NCBI RefSeq assembly: GCF_025210595.1
Contig: NZ_JAOARH010000048.1
Span: 612 to 64,611, forward strand
Source: Winogradskyella sp.
Lineage (GTDB): Bacteria; Bacteroidota; Bacteroidia; Flavobacteriales; Flavobacteriaceae
Length of the DNA stretch: 64,000 bases
Direction of reading: 5' to 3'
A model generated the notes under the pieces. That model was given only the letters and a program-made list of their open reading frames with translations. It had not been told where the DNA came from and ran no database searches. Below, one piece after another: positions 9,604-18,989 of this stretch; within the stretch, counting starts at the first letter, position 1, and each line of letters starts with the position of its first letter. The translations under genes were made by a program, and so were the position numbers.

Positions 9604-10872
9604 ATGAAACGGATTCTATTTTTATTAGCAAGTTTAGTAGCTTTTTCTACAACTTCTTTCGCAACTACCACAAGTACCTCTGAAGCTGAAGCTTCAGCAA
9701 ACAATTATGTGAGAGGTTATAATAATTCTTTCATATTTAATGAAGGCGGTATTGAATTCTCTGTCTACAGAGATGGTCAGTTCGATTTTTATATTCCAGA
9801 TTATGGACCAGACGTAAGTGTAAATATAGATACACCTGGCTTTACATTAAGCTTTAACTCTGGTTACAATTATAATCCTTACGTACAGTATGATCGTTTT
9901 GGTGCAATTATTCAAATTGAAAACACACCAATTTTCTATGATTTTTATGGCAGAGTAAATCAAATCGGTGATATTTTCATTACATACAATGGGTTTAATA
10001 GAATTAGTAGAATTGGAGGCTTAAATGTGTATTATAGAAATAATGTATTCTGGAGATATGATGGCTATATCAATGCTTATAACAGAGCTTATGTTTGGAG
10101 ACCATGGCACAGATTATACATAGTACCACCTGTAAACTTTTGTGTGATTAATGTAAATCCGTACAGACAGTTTTACTCACCTGTAAGACACATTTGGTAC
10201 AGACCATACAGAAACAATGTAAGGTATTACAATGTAAATACAGGTAGACGTGGAAATACTACACGAGTAGTAACAAGAAGAAACAGTAGTAATAGCTATC
10301 TACAGACGCCTAGAAACAGAAGAGAGCGTACTGTACAGAGAACTGTTACTCACAGAAATGCAGAGATTACTAGAACAAGAACTACGCGTTTGGCTGAAAA
10401 CACAACAACGCGTACTACAACAAGAAGCACATCTAGAAATGCAAATACTGGTACATCGAGATCTGTAACCAGAAGTAATAACGAAGGAACAAGAACTGGT
10501 TCTAACACTCGTATGACTTCACCAAGTACAAGAAGTAATGATAATAGCCGAAGTATAAGATCTACACGTTCTAGTACAAGAGTATCAACTCCTACAAGAA
10601 CAACCCGTAGTATGACCAGAAATTCTGGAAATAATGTGACCAGTACCAGAAGTACTGTGTCTAATAAAACAAAGAGAACAAAAAACACTTCGGTGCGTAA
10701 ACCAAGAACAACTACTCCTCGTACATATAATAGAAGTAGCTCTAAAAGTAGCAAGCAACGAAGCACGGTTCAAAGTAAAAGAAAGTCATCTTCAGTATCG
10801 TCTAGATCTAACACAAGTAGAAAAAGCAACCAAAATTCTACAAGATCTAGTTCAAGACGATCTAGAGGATAA
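9604..10872 (+). CDS. secreted hypothetical protein: YD-like repeat domain (paralog 2) plus a roughly 200-aa Arg/Thr/Ser-rich basic tail
   Basis: Signal peptide. IEFSVYRDGQFDF matches VEFLIFPDGSFDF of paralog 1. Repeats: VQYDRFGAII / FYDFYGRVNQIG / ITYNGFNRISRIGG. The tail spans 10243-10869. Confidence 0.75.
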   Translation: MKRILFLLASLVAFSTTSFATTTSTSEAEASANNYVRGYNNSFIFNEGGIEFSVYRDGQFDFYIPDYGPDVSVNIDTPGFTLSFNSGYNYNPYVQYDRFGAIIQIENTPIFYDFYGRVNQIGDIFITYNGFNRISRIGGLNVYYRNNVFWRYDGYINAYNRAYVWRPWHRLYIVPPVNFCVINVNPYRQFYSPVRHIWYRPYRNNVRYYNVNTGRRGNTTRVVTRRNSSNSYLQTPRNRRERTVQRTVTHRNAEITRTRTTRLAENTTTRTTTRSTSRNANTGTSRSVTRSNNEGTRTGSNTRMTSPSTRSNDNSRSIRSTRSSTRVSTPTRTTRSMTRNSGNNVTSTRSTVSNKTKRTKNTSVRKPRTTTPRTYNRSSSKSSKQRSTVQSKRKSSSVSSRSNTSRKSNQNSTRSSSRRSRG

Positions 10873-10904
10873 AAATAAAAATGATTTTTTTGGTTGGTTA
10901 GTAG

Positions 10905-11016
10905 AAGTCCCGTATGATGTATGCCTCAGAGCACCTTACGGGATTTCTCGTTATACGATTCTCACGTCCGCGTTCGCCATAGCTTTAGCGGAGGTGCAAA
11001 GTGGGAATCTTTTTTA
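10905..11016 (+). other. GC-rich tandem-hairpin element; the second hairpin plus T-run is a likely terminator
   Basis: Hairpin 1 pairs AAGTCCCGTA (10905-10914) with TACGGGATTT (10937-10946). Hairpin 2 pairs GATTCTCAC (10957-10965) with GTGGGAATC (11001-11009), has an inner TCCGC/GCGGA stem, and is followed by TTTTTT. Confidence 0.5.
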
Positions 11017-11061
11017 TTATAAATAATATAAAACTTTGTAAAGCTAAGTCTAAAATTTTTA

Positions 11062-12522
11062 TTAATTCAAACGCAAATACTTCTTTATTTGCTCAGAAAT
11101 ATCATCAGAAATATTCAATTTAAAAATTATAGTAAAGTATAAGAGTGTTATTAAAATAGACTTTAATGCAATATTAATTATTGGATGAAATGAAAACTCC
11201 CAAAAATACATTGCTAGAGCAAGCACAATTAACAACAACACAATTTTTAATGAAGACCAGGAAAAAGGCTGCATATTTAGCTTCTGTTTAACAAATACTA
11301 CTTTGATGGTATTATAAATCGTAACAGCCAAAAATGTTGCAAATGCCGAACCTTCAATACCATGAATAGGAATAAATATAAAATTAAGAATTATAGCTAT
11401 AACAGCTAAAATCACACCAAAGAGTAACACCATTTTATAATAATCGCTATTGAATAAAATGGCATTATTATTACCTAAACTATTGTCATACAGCTTTGCT
11501 ATACTTACTATAAGCACTACAAATAGACCTCCTGTGAACTCTTCTGGAAGAATTTTATACAACTGATTAATATTCAATACAATTAACAGAAAAATAAAAC
11601 CACTAATTACTAATAAACTTATTGAACTGCGTTTATATAAATCTTCAAGCGATAAATGATCTTGTTCATTTAAGTACTTGGCTGTTAAAGGCATCATTAT
11701 TTGATGCATTGCGCGTTGCGGTACAGCAATAACTGTTGCAATAAAAATAGCAACACTATAATAGGCTACTTGCTCAATATTTTCTAGCATTAAACCAATC
11801 ATAAACTTATCAATATCTAGAATAAGCATAGCTACCGATCCTGCAATAATCATAAGTGCTGCATATTTTAAAATAGAAGATAAACCATCTACTCTCTTAA
11901 ATTTAAACTTTGGAAATCTAACATAATATGCATAACCTTTCATTATTAACATTCGCAATACATAAATACCAACTAGAGCTAAAATAAAATCATCTGCATT
12001 TAGCCATTTTAGATAAACAAAATACAATAAAATCATTATGCCCACACGATGAAATATTTCTTTCATCACGTTACCAAAAACAGTCCTTAACTGTACTTTA
12101 GACCAAGCAAAAAAGATTTCAAAATATGCCATGGCTATTGCTAAAACAAAAATGTGCCAAACGTAATTTCCTGCAATAGCATTCTCTTTTGAAAGCAAAG
12201 CTCCTATACTTTCGTAAGAAACGTAACCAATTAACATTGTAGGAATTATAAAAGCAAATGGTAGAAACAACATTAAGGTTAAAAAACTATTGACACCTTT
12301 TTCAGTATTAAAAGACGAATAATATTTAACGATAGCATTGTGTACACCAAATGCCATAAAAGGCATCATTATATTCGCTGCAGATAGTAAAAACGCAACC
12401 AAACCATAATACTCATCGGTTAAAAAATTGGTATAAAGAAAAAGGGTATTAATAGCACCAATACCAAAGCCTAGATAAGTACTTATTGTATTTGCAAAAG
12501 ATTGTTTTAATACAATGCCCAT
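11062..12522 (-). CDS. polysaccharide/oligosaccharide flippase (MOP/Wzx-like membrane protein)
   Basis: 486 aa and polytopic (about 12-14 TM). It is the last gene of the YfhO-GT4 operon. Confidence 0.65.
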   Translation of the reverse strand: MGIVLKQSFANTISTYLGFGIGAINTLFLYTNFLTDEYYGLVAFLLSAANIMMPFMAFGVHNAIVKYYSSFNTEKGVNSFLTLMLFLPFAFIIPTMLIGYVSYESIGALLSKENAIAGNYVWHIFVLAIAMAYFEIFFAWSKVQLRTVFGNVMKEIFHRVGIMILLYFVYLKWLNADDFILALVGIYVLRMLIMKGYAYYVRFPKFKFKRVDGLSSILKYAALMIIAGSVAMLILDIDKFMIGLMLENIEQVAYYSVAIFIATVIAVPQRAMHQIMMPLTAKYLNEQDHLSLEDLYKRSSISLLVISGFIFLLIVLNINQLYKILPEEFTGGLFVVLIVSIAKLYDNSLGNNNAILFNSDYYKMVLLFGVILAVIAIILNFIFIPIHGIEGSAFATFLAVTIYNTIKVVFVKQKLNMQPFSWSSLKIVLLLIVLALAMYFWEFSFHPIINIALKSILITLLYFTIIFKLNISDDISEQIKKYLRLN

Positions 12523-12549
12523 AGTGCTGTAAATTACAATTATAAAAAA

Positions 12550-13869
12550 TCAAATACCAAACGATTGCAAAATAGCATTAGAAACTTTTATAAGTTCGCT
12601 TAACTTTCCTGTTAAAGCTTTTCTACTATAAGGCTGTAAACCAATAGCATTCACTCTTAAATCGTTGTTTTTATAAGCTTCAAAATAACTTAACAACTGC
12701 GCTTTAAGTTTTTCTTTTTCTTGATAATTAAAATAAACACCTGTATTGGTCGACACAATAATTTGTTGCACATCTGAATCTTTTGGACCAATGGCTAGTA
12801 TTGGAGTTTCTGAAATTAAATACTCAAATAATTTTCCGGGAATAATAGCTTTTGTGTCTTCGGAATCAATTTCTATTAATAATAAAACCTGAGATTGCAT
12901 CTGAAATTTAATAGCCTCATCATGGTTTACATAACCAACAATATTTACATGTTTTTTAAGACCAAAATTATATATAGATTCCAATACATCATCACTAACA
13001 ACACCTATTAAATTAAGCTGAAAGACTTTTGAAAATGCTTCATTTTCTACAACTAATTCTGAGAGCACCTCCCATAAAACCTTAGGGTTACGTTCTGATA
13101 GTAAAGAACCAATATGCGAAAGTGTAAACTTTTCATCCTTCCCTTCTACTCTAACCGAATGATTATCATAACCGTTAGTAATAACAGAAATAGGTTGTTG
13201 GGTTTTAGAGGCAAACTCGTTCTTTGTGTGGTTACTGGTCACAATAATTCGATCAGCTGTATTTAGAACCTGAGACTCTAAAGCTATATGCTTTGCTTTA
13301 GAAGTCTTTGTCAATTTTAAATCTTTATGATAGCCAATGGTTGTCCAAGGATCTCTAAAATCAGTAATCCAATTTACATTAAGCTTTTTTTTAAGGTGTA
13401 ATCCTATTAAATGCAAACTATGCGGTGGACCAGTAGTAATTACTATTTCAATATTGTGTTCTTCAATATACTTAGAAAGATAATTTACAGATGGCTTTAC
13501 CCAATTTTTACGAGCATCTGGTATAAAGAAGTTTCCACGTACAAAAAGCATCAGTTTCTCAATAAAGGATTGTTTTTTAGTCTTTGGAATAACACCAGAA
13601 CTAATTTTTTTAGAGCTCTTTTTTGAAAACAAACTCGCCAAACCATACGGTTCTTTAATTGGCTGCTTTAAAGTAATGATATCCTTTGGAATCTCATCAA
13701 CTAAACTTTCATCTATAATTGGATAGCTAGGATTTTCAGGACAATAGACAACAGGCTCAACATCAAAGTCTGGCAAATACTTTACAAACTTTAGCCAACG
13801 TTGTACACCAGGACCACCAGCTGGTGGCCAATAATAGCAAATGATTAAAACTTTTTTTTTAGAGTCCAT
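12550..13869 (-). CDS. glycosyltransferase (GT4/GT-B fold)
   Basis: N-terminal KKVLIICYYWPPAGGPGVQRW and a C-terminal EX7E-like region (PGKLFEYLISETPILA). Confidence 0.7.
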   Translation of the reverse strand: MDSKKKVLIICYYWPPAGGPGVQRWLKFVKYLPDFDVEPVVYCPENPSYPIIDESLVDEIPKDIITLKQPIKEPYGLASLFSKKSSKKISSGVIPKTKKQSFIEKLMLFVRGNFFIPDARKNWVKPSVNYLSKYIEEHNIEIVITTGPPHSLHLIGLHLKKKLNVNWITDFRDPWTTIGYHKDLKLTKTSKAKHIALESQVLNTADRIIVTSNHTKNEFASKTQQPISVITNGYDNHSVRVEGKDEKFTLSHIGSLLSERNPKVLWEVLSELVVENEAFSKVFQLNLIGVVSDDVLESIYNFGLKKHVNIVGYVNHDEAIKFQMQSQVLLLIEIDSEDTKAIIPGKLFEYLISETPILAIGPKDSDVQQIIVSTNTGVYFNYQEKEKLKAQLLSYFEAYKNNDLRVNAIGLQPYSRKALTGKLSELIKVSNAILQSFGI

Positions 13870-13878
13870 TCAGACAAA

Positions 13879-16332
13879 CTAAGATTTCTCTTTTTGTTGC
13901 TTGAACTGATAAAATATACCTAGTAGCAATAAAATACCAAAAACAGTAGAGCTTGCTAATGCAATGTTACTACCTGTTTTTACCACTTGTGGTTCAAACT
14001 TAAATTCTATAGTATGATTGCCTTTAGGAACATTCATACCACGTAAAATATAATTAACACGTCCATGAGGTTGTAATTCTCCATTTATATAAGCATTCCA
14101 ACCGCTTTTGTAATAGATTTCAGAAAATACAGCAAAACCATCATTACTGTTAGTAGATTCGTATTTTAAATAATTTGGTTTAAATTCTTTAAGCTGAATT
14201 AAAGTCGTTGAATCAGTTTTATATTGCATAACTGGTTGACTACTTAAGTCTAACATTGTAGTCACAGCTTTATGCTTTGTATCTAAACTACCTAAAGCTT
14301 TTATCTCAGTATTTGCATCTGGTAGTTGTTTTAATTCGTTTATAAACCAAGCATTACCATTAGCATCTGGGTTATCATAAGGAAACACCTGCCCTTGATC
14401 TTCTGCTATAATGTACTTAGTATTTAACATGTTAAGCACATTCATATTATTATTATAAATATGAAATTCCATAACATCATTATAGCGACCCAATTTAGCG
14501 GCATGATATCCAAATAAAGCGTTATGGAAATAGGCCGTTCTACCAGGTTGACGTTGACCTTCAGTAGACATATCTAAAACTCTATAATGTCCTTTGTCTT
14601 TTAAAATTTGTTTGTCAGCATTATTAGGCGAATAAGGCTTATCTACACTCAATGCAGAAATAAAATCATCATTGTTAACATAAGATTTATTCACAGATAC
14701 CAAATCAAATAAAATCAATGCAGCAAAAACTACTACTACTAAAGTTTCTGATAATTTTTTCTTTATAAAGAGATATATAGTTCCAGCAGAAAGCAATACC
14801 AATATCAAAGTCCTAATGGTATCTGTATTAAATAAGGTTTTTCTATCATCAATTATAGCACCTAGTAATACATCTGGTATGCCTTCATCTCTAAAGCTTT
14901 TAAAATCGAAGAACGTAGATTTAAACAGTAAGAACACTAAACATAATCCTGCTGTAATGGCTACTGAATATTTTAGAGCTTTTAGTTTTTCTTCATTTTT
15001 CTGAAAATTATTAAACAAGCGTACCAAGGCAAAAATACCCAACACAGGAATACACAATTCTAGTATCACTTGTATAGAACTTACTGCTCTAAATTTATCA
15101 TACAACGGTACAAAATCTATGAAAAAATTTGTAATTGGGTTACTATCTGGTTGAGGGTTTGAAACAAAAGGCCAATTCTTCCCTAAAGATAAAACCCAAG
15201 AAATCACTGTCCCAGCTACCAACCACCATTTTAATCTTCCTTTTACTAGGAATAAACTTAAAACAAAAAGAAAAATAATAACTGCTCCAACATAGGCTGG
15301 TGCTTCAACTATGGTTTGGTCTCCCCAATACATTGGTGCATTTTTAGAAAGTTCTAAAGCTTCAATAGGTGAAGCTCCCATTGTAACATAGGTTTTATAG
15401 GTTTCAGAATCTTTTCCGATATCTTCGGAGTTTCCACCACCCATAAATCGTGGAATAAACAGATTAAAGGTTTCAGCCAGTCCGTAACTATATTCTGTAA
15501 TATAAGCTCTACCTAAACCAGAGGTTACTTCTTTCGTTGAACCATCAGCATTAATAGTTAATTCACTCTTTCCTCGCGTACTTTCTTTGGCATATTCTTG
15601 TGTTGCCATAAGGTTTGTAGCATTAAGTCCGACAGCGAGAAGTGCTGCTACAGTCAATATTCCAACAGATTTAAAAAAATGTGGTAATACTTGTTTTTGA
15701 TAAGCATCTACTAAATAGGCTATACCCAACACAATGACCAAAAACAAAAGATAGTAGGTCATTTGAGGGTGGTTTGCTACTATTTCTAAACCTAAAGCTA
15801 CTACCGTTAACAGAAAACCGAGTATGTATTTTTTTCTAAAAGTGAGAGTAATTCCTGCTAAAACTAAAGGCATATAAGCAATAGCATGTGCCTTAGCATT
15901 ATGACCTACACCAAGAATAATAATGAGATAGGTTGAAAATCCGAAGGTTAAAGCACCGAGTGCAGCGAGTTTAAAATCTACTTTTAAAGAGAGCAATAGA
16001 ATATAGAATCCTATAAAATATAAAAACAAATAATCAGCTGGTCTTGGCAAAAAACGTAAGGCAAGGTCTAGCTTCTTAATATAATTATGTGGATATTTTG
16101 CTCCCAATTGATACGTTGGCATACCACCAAAGGCACTATTGGTCCAATACGTTTCTTCACCTGTAACTTTGGCAAACTCTTTTTGTTGCTGAGCCATACC
16201 AATATAATGCATTATATCGCTCTGAAATATTTTTTTGCCTTGTAAAACCGGACTAAAATAGGCTAATGAAAGTACCACGAACCCAATAATAACAAGTATA
16301 TGTGGCAAAAAACGCTTTAAAGAAAATGACAT
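13879..16332 (-). CDS. YfhO family membrane protein (putative glycosyl-transfer/glycan assembly)
   Basis: 817 aa with a multi-TM N-terminal two thirds and a C-terminal soluble domain plus a final TM. The N-terminus resembles that of flavobacterial YfhO proteins. Confidence 0.7.
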   Translation of the reverse strand: MSFSLKRFLPHILVIIGFVVLSLAYFSPVLQGKKIFQSDIMHYIGMAQQQKEFAKVTGEETYWTNSAFGGMPTYQLGAKYPHNYIKKLDLALRFLPRPADYLFLYFIGFYILLLSLKVDFKLAALGALTFGFSTYLIIILGVGHNAKAHAIAYMPLVLAGITLTFRKKYILGFLLTVVALGLEIVANHPQMTYYLLFLVIVLGIAYLVDAYQKQVLPHFFKSVGILTVAALLAVGLNATNLMATQEYAKESTRGKSELTINADGSTKEVTSGLGRAYITEYSYGLAETFNLFIPRFMGGGNSEDIGKDSETYKTYVTMGASPIEALELSKNAPMYWGDQTIVEAPAYVGAVIIFLFVLSLFLVKGRLKWWLVAGTVISWVLSLGKNWPFVSNPQPDSNPITNFFIDFVPLYDKFRAVSSIQVILELCIPVLGIFALVRLFNNFQKNEEKLKALKYSVAITAGLCLVFLLFKSTFFDFKSFRDEGIPDVLLGAIIDDRKTLFNTDTIRTLILVLLSAGTIYLFIKKKLSETLVVVVFAALILFDLVSVNKSYVNNDDFISALSVDKPYSPNNADKQILKDKGHYRVLDMSTEGQRQPGRTAYFHNALFGYHAAKLGRYNDVMEFHIYNNNMNVLNMLNTKYIIAEDQGQVFPYDNPDANGNAWFINELKQLPDANTEIKALGSLDTKHKAVTTMLDLSSQPVMQYKTDSTTLIQLKEFKPNYLKYESTNSNDGFAVFSEIYYKSGWNAYINGELQPHGRVNYILRGMNVPKGNHTIEFKFEPQVVKTGSNIALASSTVFGILLLLGIFYQFKQQKEKS

Positions 16333-16425
16333 GAAAATTAAGTAAATAATTGAGTCTGAAAAGTACTATTTTTTTGGGAATAAAATCTTACTAAAAAGAA
16401 AAACACAGTTCTAATACCTTTATCA

Positions 16426-16719
16426 TCAATCAATCTCTTCGTAATCGATATATTCCCCAACTTCTTTGTTAGATGTTTTATTACGCTGTGGCATTTTATC
16501 TATTACTGTTTCGCCTTCATTTCTTTTCTGTGTATTACGCTGCTGCGTTTGATTTTGAAAACCTCCAAATTGCTGTCCAAACTTTTCTTCAGCTTTCTTA
16601 GCAACAAATCTCATAAGAAAAGGTGCAAATAATCTGGCAAGAATTTTAACCCCAAACCAAACTAGTAAAATAATTAATATAGTTCTTAATAAACCCATTA
16701 AGGATGCTTCTTGTATCAT
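16426..16719 (-). CDS. DUF4834-type small membrane protein
   Basis: GLLRTILIILLVWFGVKILARLFAPFLMRF is followed by a Gln/Asn-rich linker and an acidic end. The true start may be the Met at 16698. Confidence 0.65.
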   Translation of the reverse strand: MIQEASLMGLLRTILIILLVWFGVKILARLFAPFLMRFVAKKAEEKFGQQFGGFQNQTQQRNTQKRNEGETVIDKMPQRNKTSNKEVGEYIDYEEID

Positions 16720-16823
16720 AAAGAAATTAATAATTCAAAAATACAATTATAGTTACTTATATTCCGTTATTATTCCTTAAAAAAAGTATAAAATCTATAT
16801 ATTTGAACCTAAACCAAAAGATA

Positions 16824-17804
16824 ATGCGAGTTCTCAAATCTATTTTCATTCTATTATTAGTACTCACTTATAATTCTGCTAATGCACAATATACCGAAGT
16901 TATTAACTCTAATCGACCAGGTTTATCTGAGAGTGCTTTTTCGGTTGGTACTGGTATTGTTCAGTTTGAAGCTGGAGCTTTTACCGTAAAAGAAAAGCAT
17001 ACTCCCTTAAAATACGAAGTAGCTGGTTTTGGGCTAGACTTTTCTGTCCGTTATGGTTTTTTATTTGAAGAATTAGAGATTGCATTAGATGGTGTATATC
17101 AAAACGATAAAATTACTCAAAACAGTTCTCTTGTTCCATTTGAAGATAAACGCTCTAACTTTAGAAATTTTACGCTTGGCGCTAAATATCTAGTTTACGA
17201 TCCATATAAAAATGCCGAAGAAGCTAAACCAAATTTATATAGCTACCATGCCAATAGAAAATTTCAGTGGAAATCACTAATACCAGCTGTTTCTATTTAT
17301 GCTGGAGCAAATTTCGACACAAAAAACAATCCTTATACTGCGCCAGATGTTGAAGGTGTTAGCCCTAAAATAATGATTGCAACACAAAACAATTTTAATG
17401 GTGGATGGGTTTTTGTGATGAACTTAATCAAAGATAGAATTGGTTCTGAGTATTCGGACTTTCAATATATTTTTACTTTAACACATTCTTTTACTCCACA
17501 ATGGGTAGTTTTTGGTGAAGCACAAGGGATAAACAGTGATTTTTATGCTGACAACATCTTTAGATTTGGTGGTGCTTATCTTTGGACTAAAGATTTTCAG
17601 TTAGATGCTAATATTGCTTTTAACACAAAAGACACACCTTCCGTTTTCAATATCGCCTTTGGAGCATCTTACCGCATAGATTTTCATAAGGATAAGAAAA
17701 TTGACAATGGTAATGGCAATACAGGAAAATTCAAGAAAAAAAGAAAAAACAAAAAGAGAAAGAAGAAGAAAAAAGCAGATAATAACGATTCTGAAGGTTT
17801 ATAA
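16824..17804 (+). CDS. outer-membrane beta-barrel 'transporter' family protein (MetA-pathway-like) with poly-Lys C-terminal tail
   Basis: Signal peptide MRVLKSIFILLLVLTYNSANA, amphipathic beta-strand pattern, and the tail KFKKKRKNKKRKKKKK. The ATG at 16824 is preferred over the track's TTG at 16803. Confidence 0.65.
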   Translation: MRVLKSIFILLLVLTYNSANAQYTEVINSNRPGLSESAFSVGTGIVQFEAGAFTVKEKHTPLKYEVAGFGLDFSVRYGFLFEELEIALDGVYQNDKITQNSSLVPFEDKRSNFRNFTLGAKYLVYDPYKNAEEAKPNLYSYHANRKFQWKSLIPAVSIYAGANFDTKNNPYTAPDVEGVSPKIMIATQNNFNGGWVFVMNLIKDRIGSEYSDFQYIFTLTHSFTPQWVVFGEAQGINSDFYADNIFRFGGAYLWTKDFQLDANIAFNTKDTPSVFNIAFGASYRIDFHKDKKIDNGNGNTGKFKKKRKNKKRKKKKKADNNDSEGL

Positions 17805-17812
17805 ACTACTGC

Positions 17813-18931
17813 ATGGTAACTGTTAAAGAAGCAACATCAAAAAAAGACTTAAAAACCTTTGTTAAGTTTACGTTTAAGCTTTACAAAGATTCTAAATATT
17901 GGGTTCCTCCAATTATTAAGCAAGAACTAGAAACATTCAATAAGGACAAAAATCCTATTTTTAAAGACGCTGAAGCACGTTTTTTTCTGGCTTATAAAAA
18001 CAATGAAATTGTGGGTCGGATTGCTGCAATTGTTAATTGGCTAGAAATTAATAATCAGCAAATAAAAAAAATGCGTTTTGGCTGGTTTGATTTCATTGAT
18101 GATCTTGAAGTCAGTAAAGCATTACTAGAAACTGTAGAGAATATAGGAAGAGAACATCAGTTAGAATATGCTGAAGGTCCTGTTGGATTTTCTAACTTAG
18201 ATAAAGTTGGTGTAATGACTGAAGGTTTTGATAGCATTGCTCCTATGATAACTTGGTATAATCATCCATATTATATAAATCACTATATAGCACATGGCTA
18301 TACTATTGAAAAACAGTATTCTGAAAGCAAATTCCCTTTTGAAAATGTTAAACCTGAAGCATTTAAAAAAGCACAAGAACTTATTAAACGAAGATATAAA
18401 CTAAGAGCGTTACGTTTTACAAAAACAGAAGAGGTAATGCCTTATGCTGATAAGATGTTTGACTTATTTAATGAAAGTTATGCTTCTCTTTCATCATTTG
18501 TTGAAATTACTGATTTACAAAAAGAATATTTTAAAAGTAAGTTTATAAGTTTTGTAAACCCAGAATACATAAAATTTGTTATTGATGAAAATGATAAGCT
18601 TATTGGTTTTGCTATTGTAATGCCAAAGTTTGCTGAAGCTTTGCAAAAGGCAAAAGGGAAGTTATTTCCTATTGGGTTTAGCCATATTTTAAAAGCTAAA
18701 AAGAATAGTAAAGATGTGATCTTTTATTTAATTGGCATTCATCCAGATTATCAAAACAAAGGTGTACACGCTGTTATTTTTAATGAGTATTACGAAACTT
18801 TTACAAAAAAAGGTATACAAACCTGTTATAGAACACCAGAATTAGAGGATAATGAAGCTATACATAAGATATGGAAGCATTTTGATCCTAAGGTATATAA
18901 ACGCCGAAAAACATTTAAAAAATATTTATAA
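17813..18931 (+). CDS. putative GNAT-like N-acetyltransferase family protein
   Basis: 372 aa. The N-terminus KEATSKKDLKTFVKF..LYKDSKYWVPP and the later region IGIHPDYQNKGVHAVIF resemble an acetyl-CoA binding segment. Confidence 0.5.
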   Translation: MVTVKEATSKKDLKTFVKFTFKLYKDSKYWVPPIIKQELETFNKDKNPIFKDAEARFFLAYKNNEIVGRIAAIVNWLEINNQQIKKMRFGWFDFIDDLEVSKALLETVENIGREHQLEYAEGPVGFSNLDKVGVMTEGFDSIAPMITWYNHPYYINHYIAHGYTIEKQYSESKFPFENVKPEAFKKAQELIKRRYKLRALRFTKTEEVMPYADKMFDLFNESYASLSSFVEITDLQKEYFKSKFISFVNPEYIKFVIDENDKLIGFAIVMPKFAEALQKAKGKLFPIGFSHILKAKKNSKDVIFYLIGIHPDYQNKGVHAVIFNEYYETFTKKGIQTCYRTPELEDNEAIHKIWKHFDPKVYKRRKTFKKYL

Positions 18932-18969
18932 AAAAACAGGCTTTGTGTATTACAAAGCCTGTTTTTTTT
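18931..18969. terminator. bidirectional rho-independent terminator
   Basis: AAAAAACAGGCTTTGT-gtatt-ACAAAGCCTGTTTTTTTT lies between convergent genes. Confidence 0.8.
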
Positions 18970-18989
18970 ATATCACTTATTAGGAAAAC

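Noticed and set aside
10350-10773. Two Leu/Val-rich minus-strand ORFs (138 aa and 62 aa)
   Set aside because: They are antisense to the Arg/Thr/Ser low-complexity tail. The codon bias there (AGA/ACA/AGT) removes stops from the opposite strand, so these are shadow ORFs.
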